This document shows positions 63,905-64,000 of a DNA stretch of 64,000 bases, one piece after another. Position 1 is the stretch's first letter. Each line of letters starts with the position of its first letter. Where the stretch lies: positions 21,080-85,079 of IMG/VR virus record IMGVR_UViG_3300031456_000001; one strand, 5' to 3'. Under the pieces are notes generated by a model. The model did no database searches. It was given only the letters and a program-made list of their open reading frames with translations, and was not told where the DNA came from. Both the position numbers and the translations under genes were made by a program. The stretch comes from a virus.

Positions 63905-64000
63905 GCTGAAACTCCCTCGCCGAAACCCTTGACGTATGGAGCCGCAAAGTGCTTACGGCGCTGCGGCCAGAGTACCGGTTGGCGATCACGGCGTACAGCG
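63901..64000 (-). CDS. 3' end of an upstream gene (partial)
   Basis: Open frame ...PYVKGFGEGVSA* whose TGA overlaps the portal GTG. Confidence 0.45.
   Translation of the reverse strand, partial: AVRRDRQPVLWPQRRKHFAAPYVKGFGEGVSA

Larger units (their letters stand above)
1..64000. mobile_element. Actinobacterial tailed phage or prophage (siphovirus-like), partial
   Basis: Portal, scaffold, capsid, tail, tape measure, lysis and replication modules are present; high GC; no clear host genes; no integrase in the window. Confidence 0.95.

Overview
This window is nearly all of a high-GC actinobacterial siphophage or prophage genome. No integrase, terminase, tRNA, rRNA or CRISPR array is visible in it. 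Layout: (-) RHH / TcmP-like methyltransferase-fold / ParB-DUF5131 operon; a candidate origin; helicase, Prim-Pol and small early genes (0.7-14.3 kb); divergent promoters at about 14.4 kb; (+) HTH regulator, PD-(D/E)XK exonuclease, Gp3-like protein, DnaQ-like exonuclease, SSB and an eight-enzyme glycan cluster (14.5-30.1 kb); (-) portal, HPR-motif putative internal proteins, scaffold, capsid, head accessory, tail, lysis and RuvC genes (64-30 kb). The most notable observation is between portal and scaffold. Three consecutive ORFs are joined by two near-identical -1 frameshift signals (slippery heptamer, 6 nt, hairpin), predicting nested proteins of about 441, 1730 and 1867 aa. The same locus carries in-frame internal promoters and start sites. 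A TTGACA-N6-(G/A)TG(A/G/C)CA-type promoter/operator cassette occurs 13 times and often abuts or contains the upstream stop codon. All family calls come from motif recognition by eye, not database searches.
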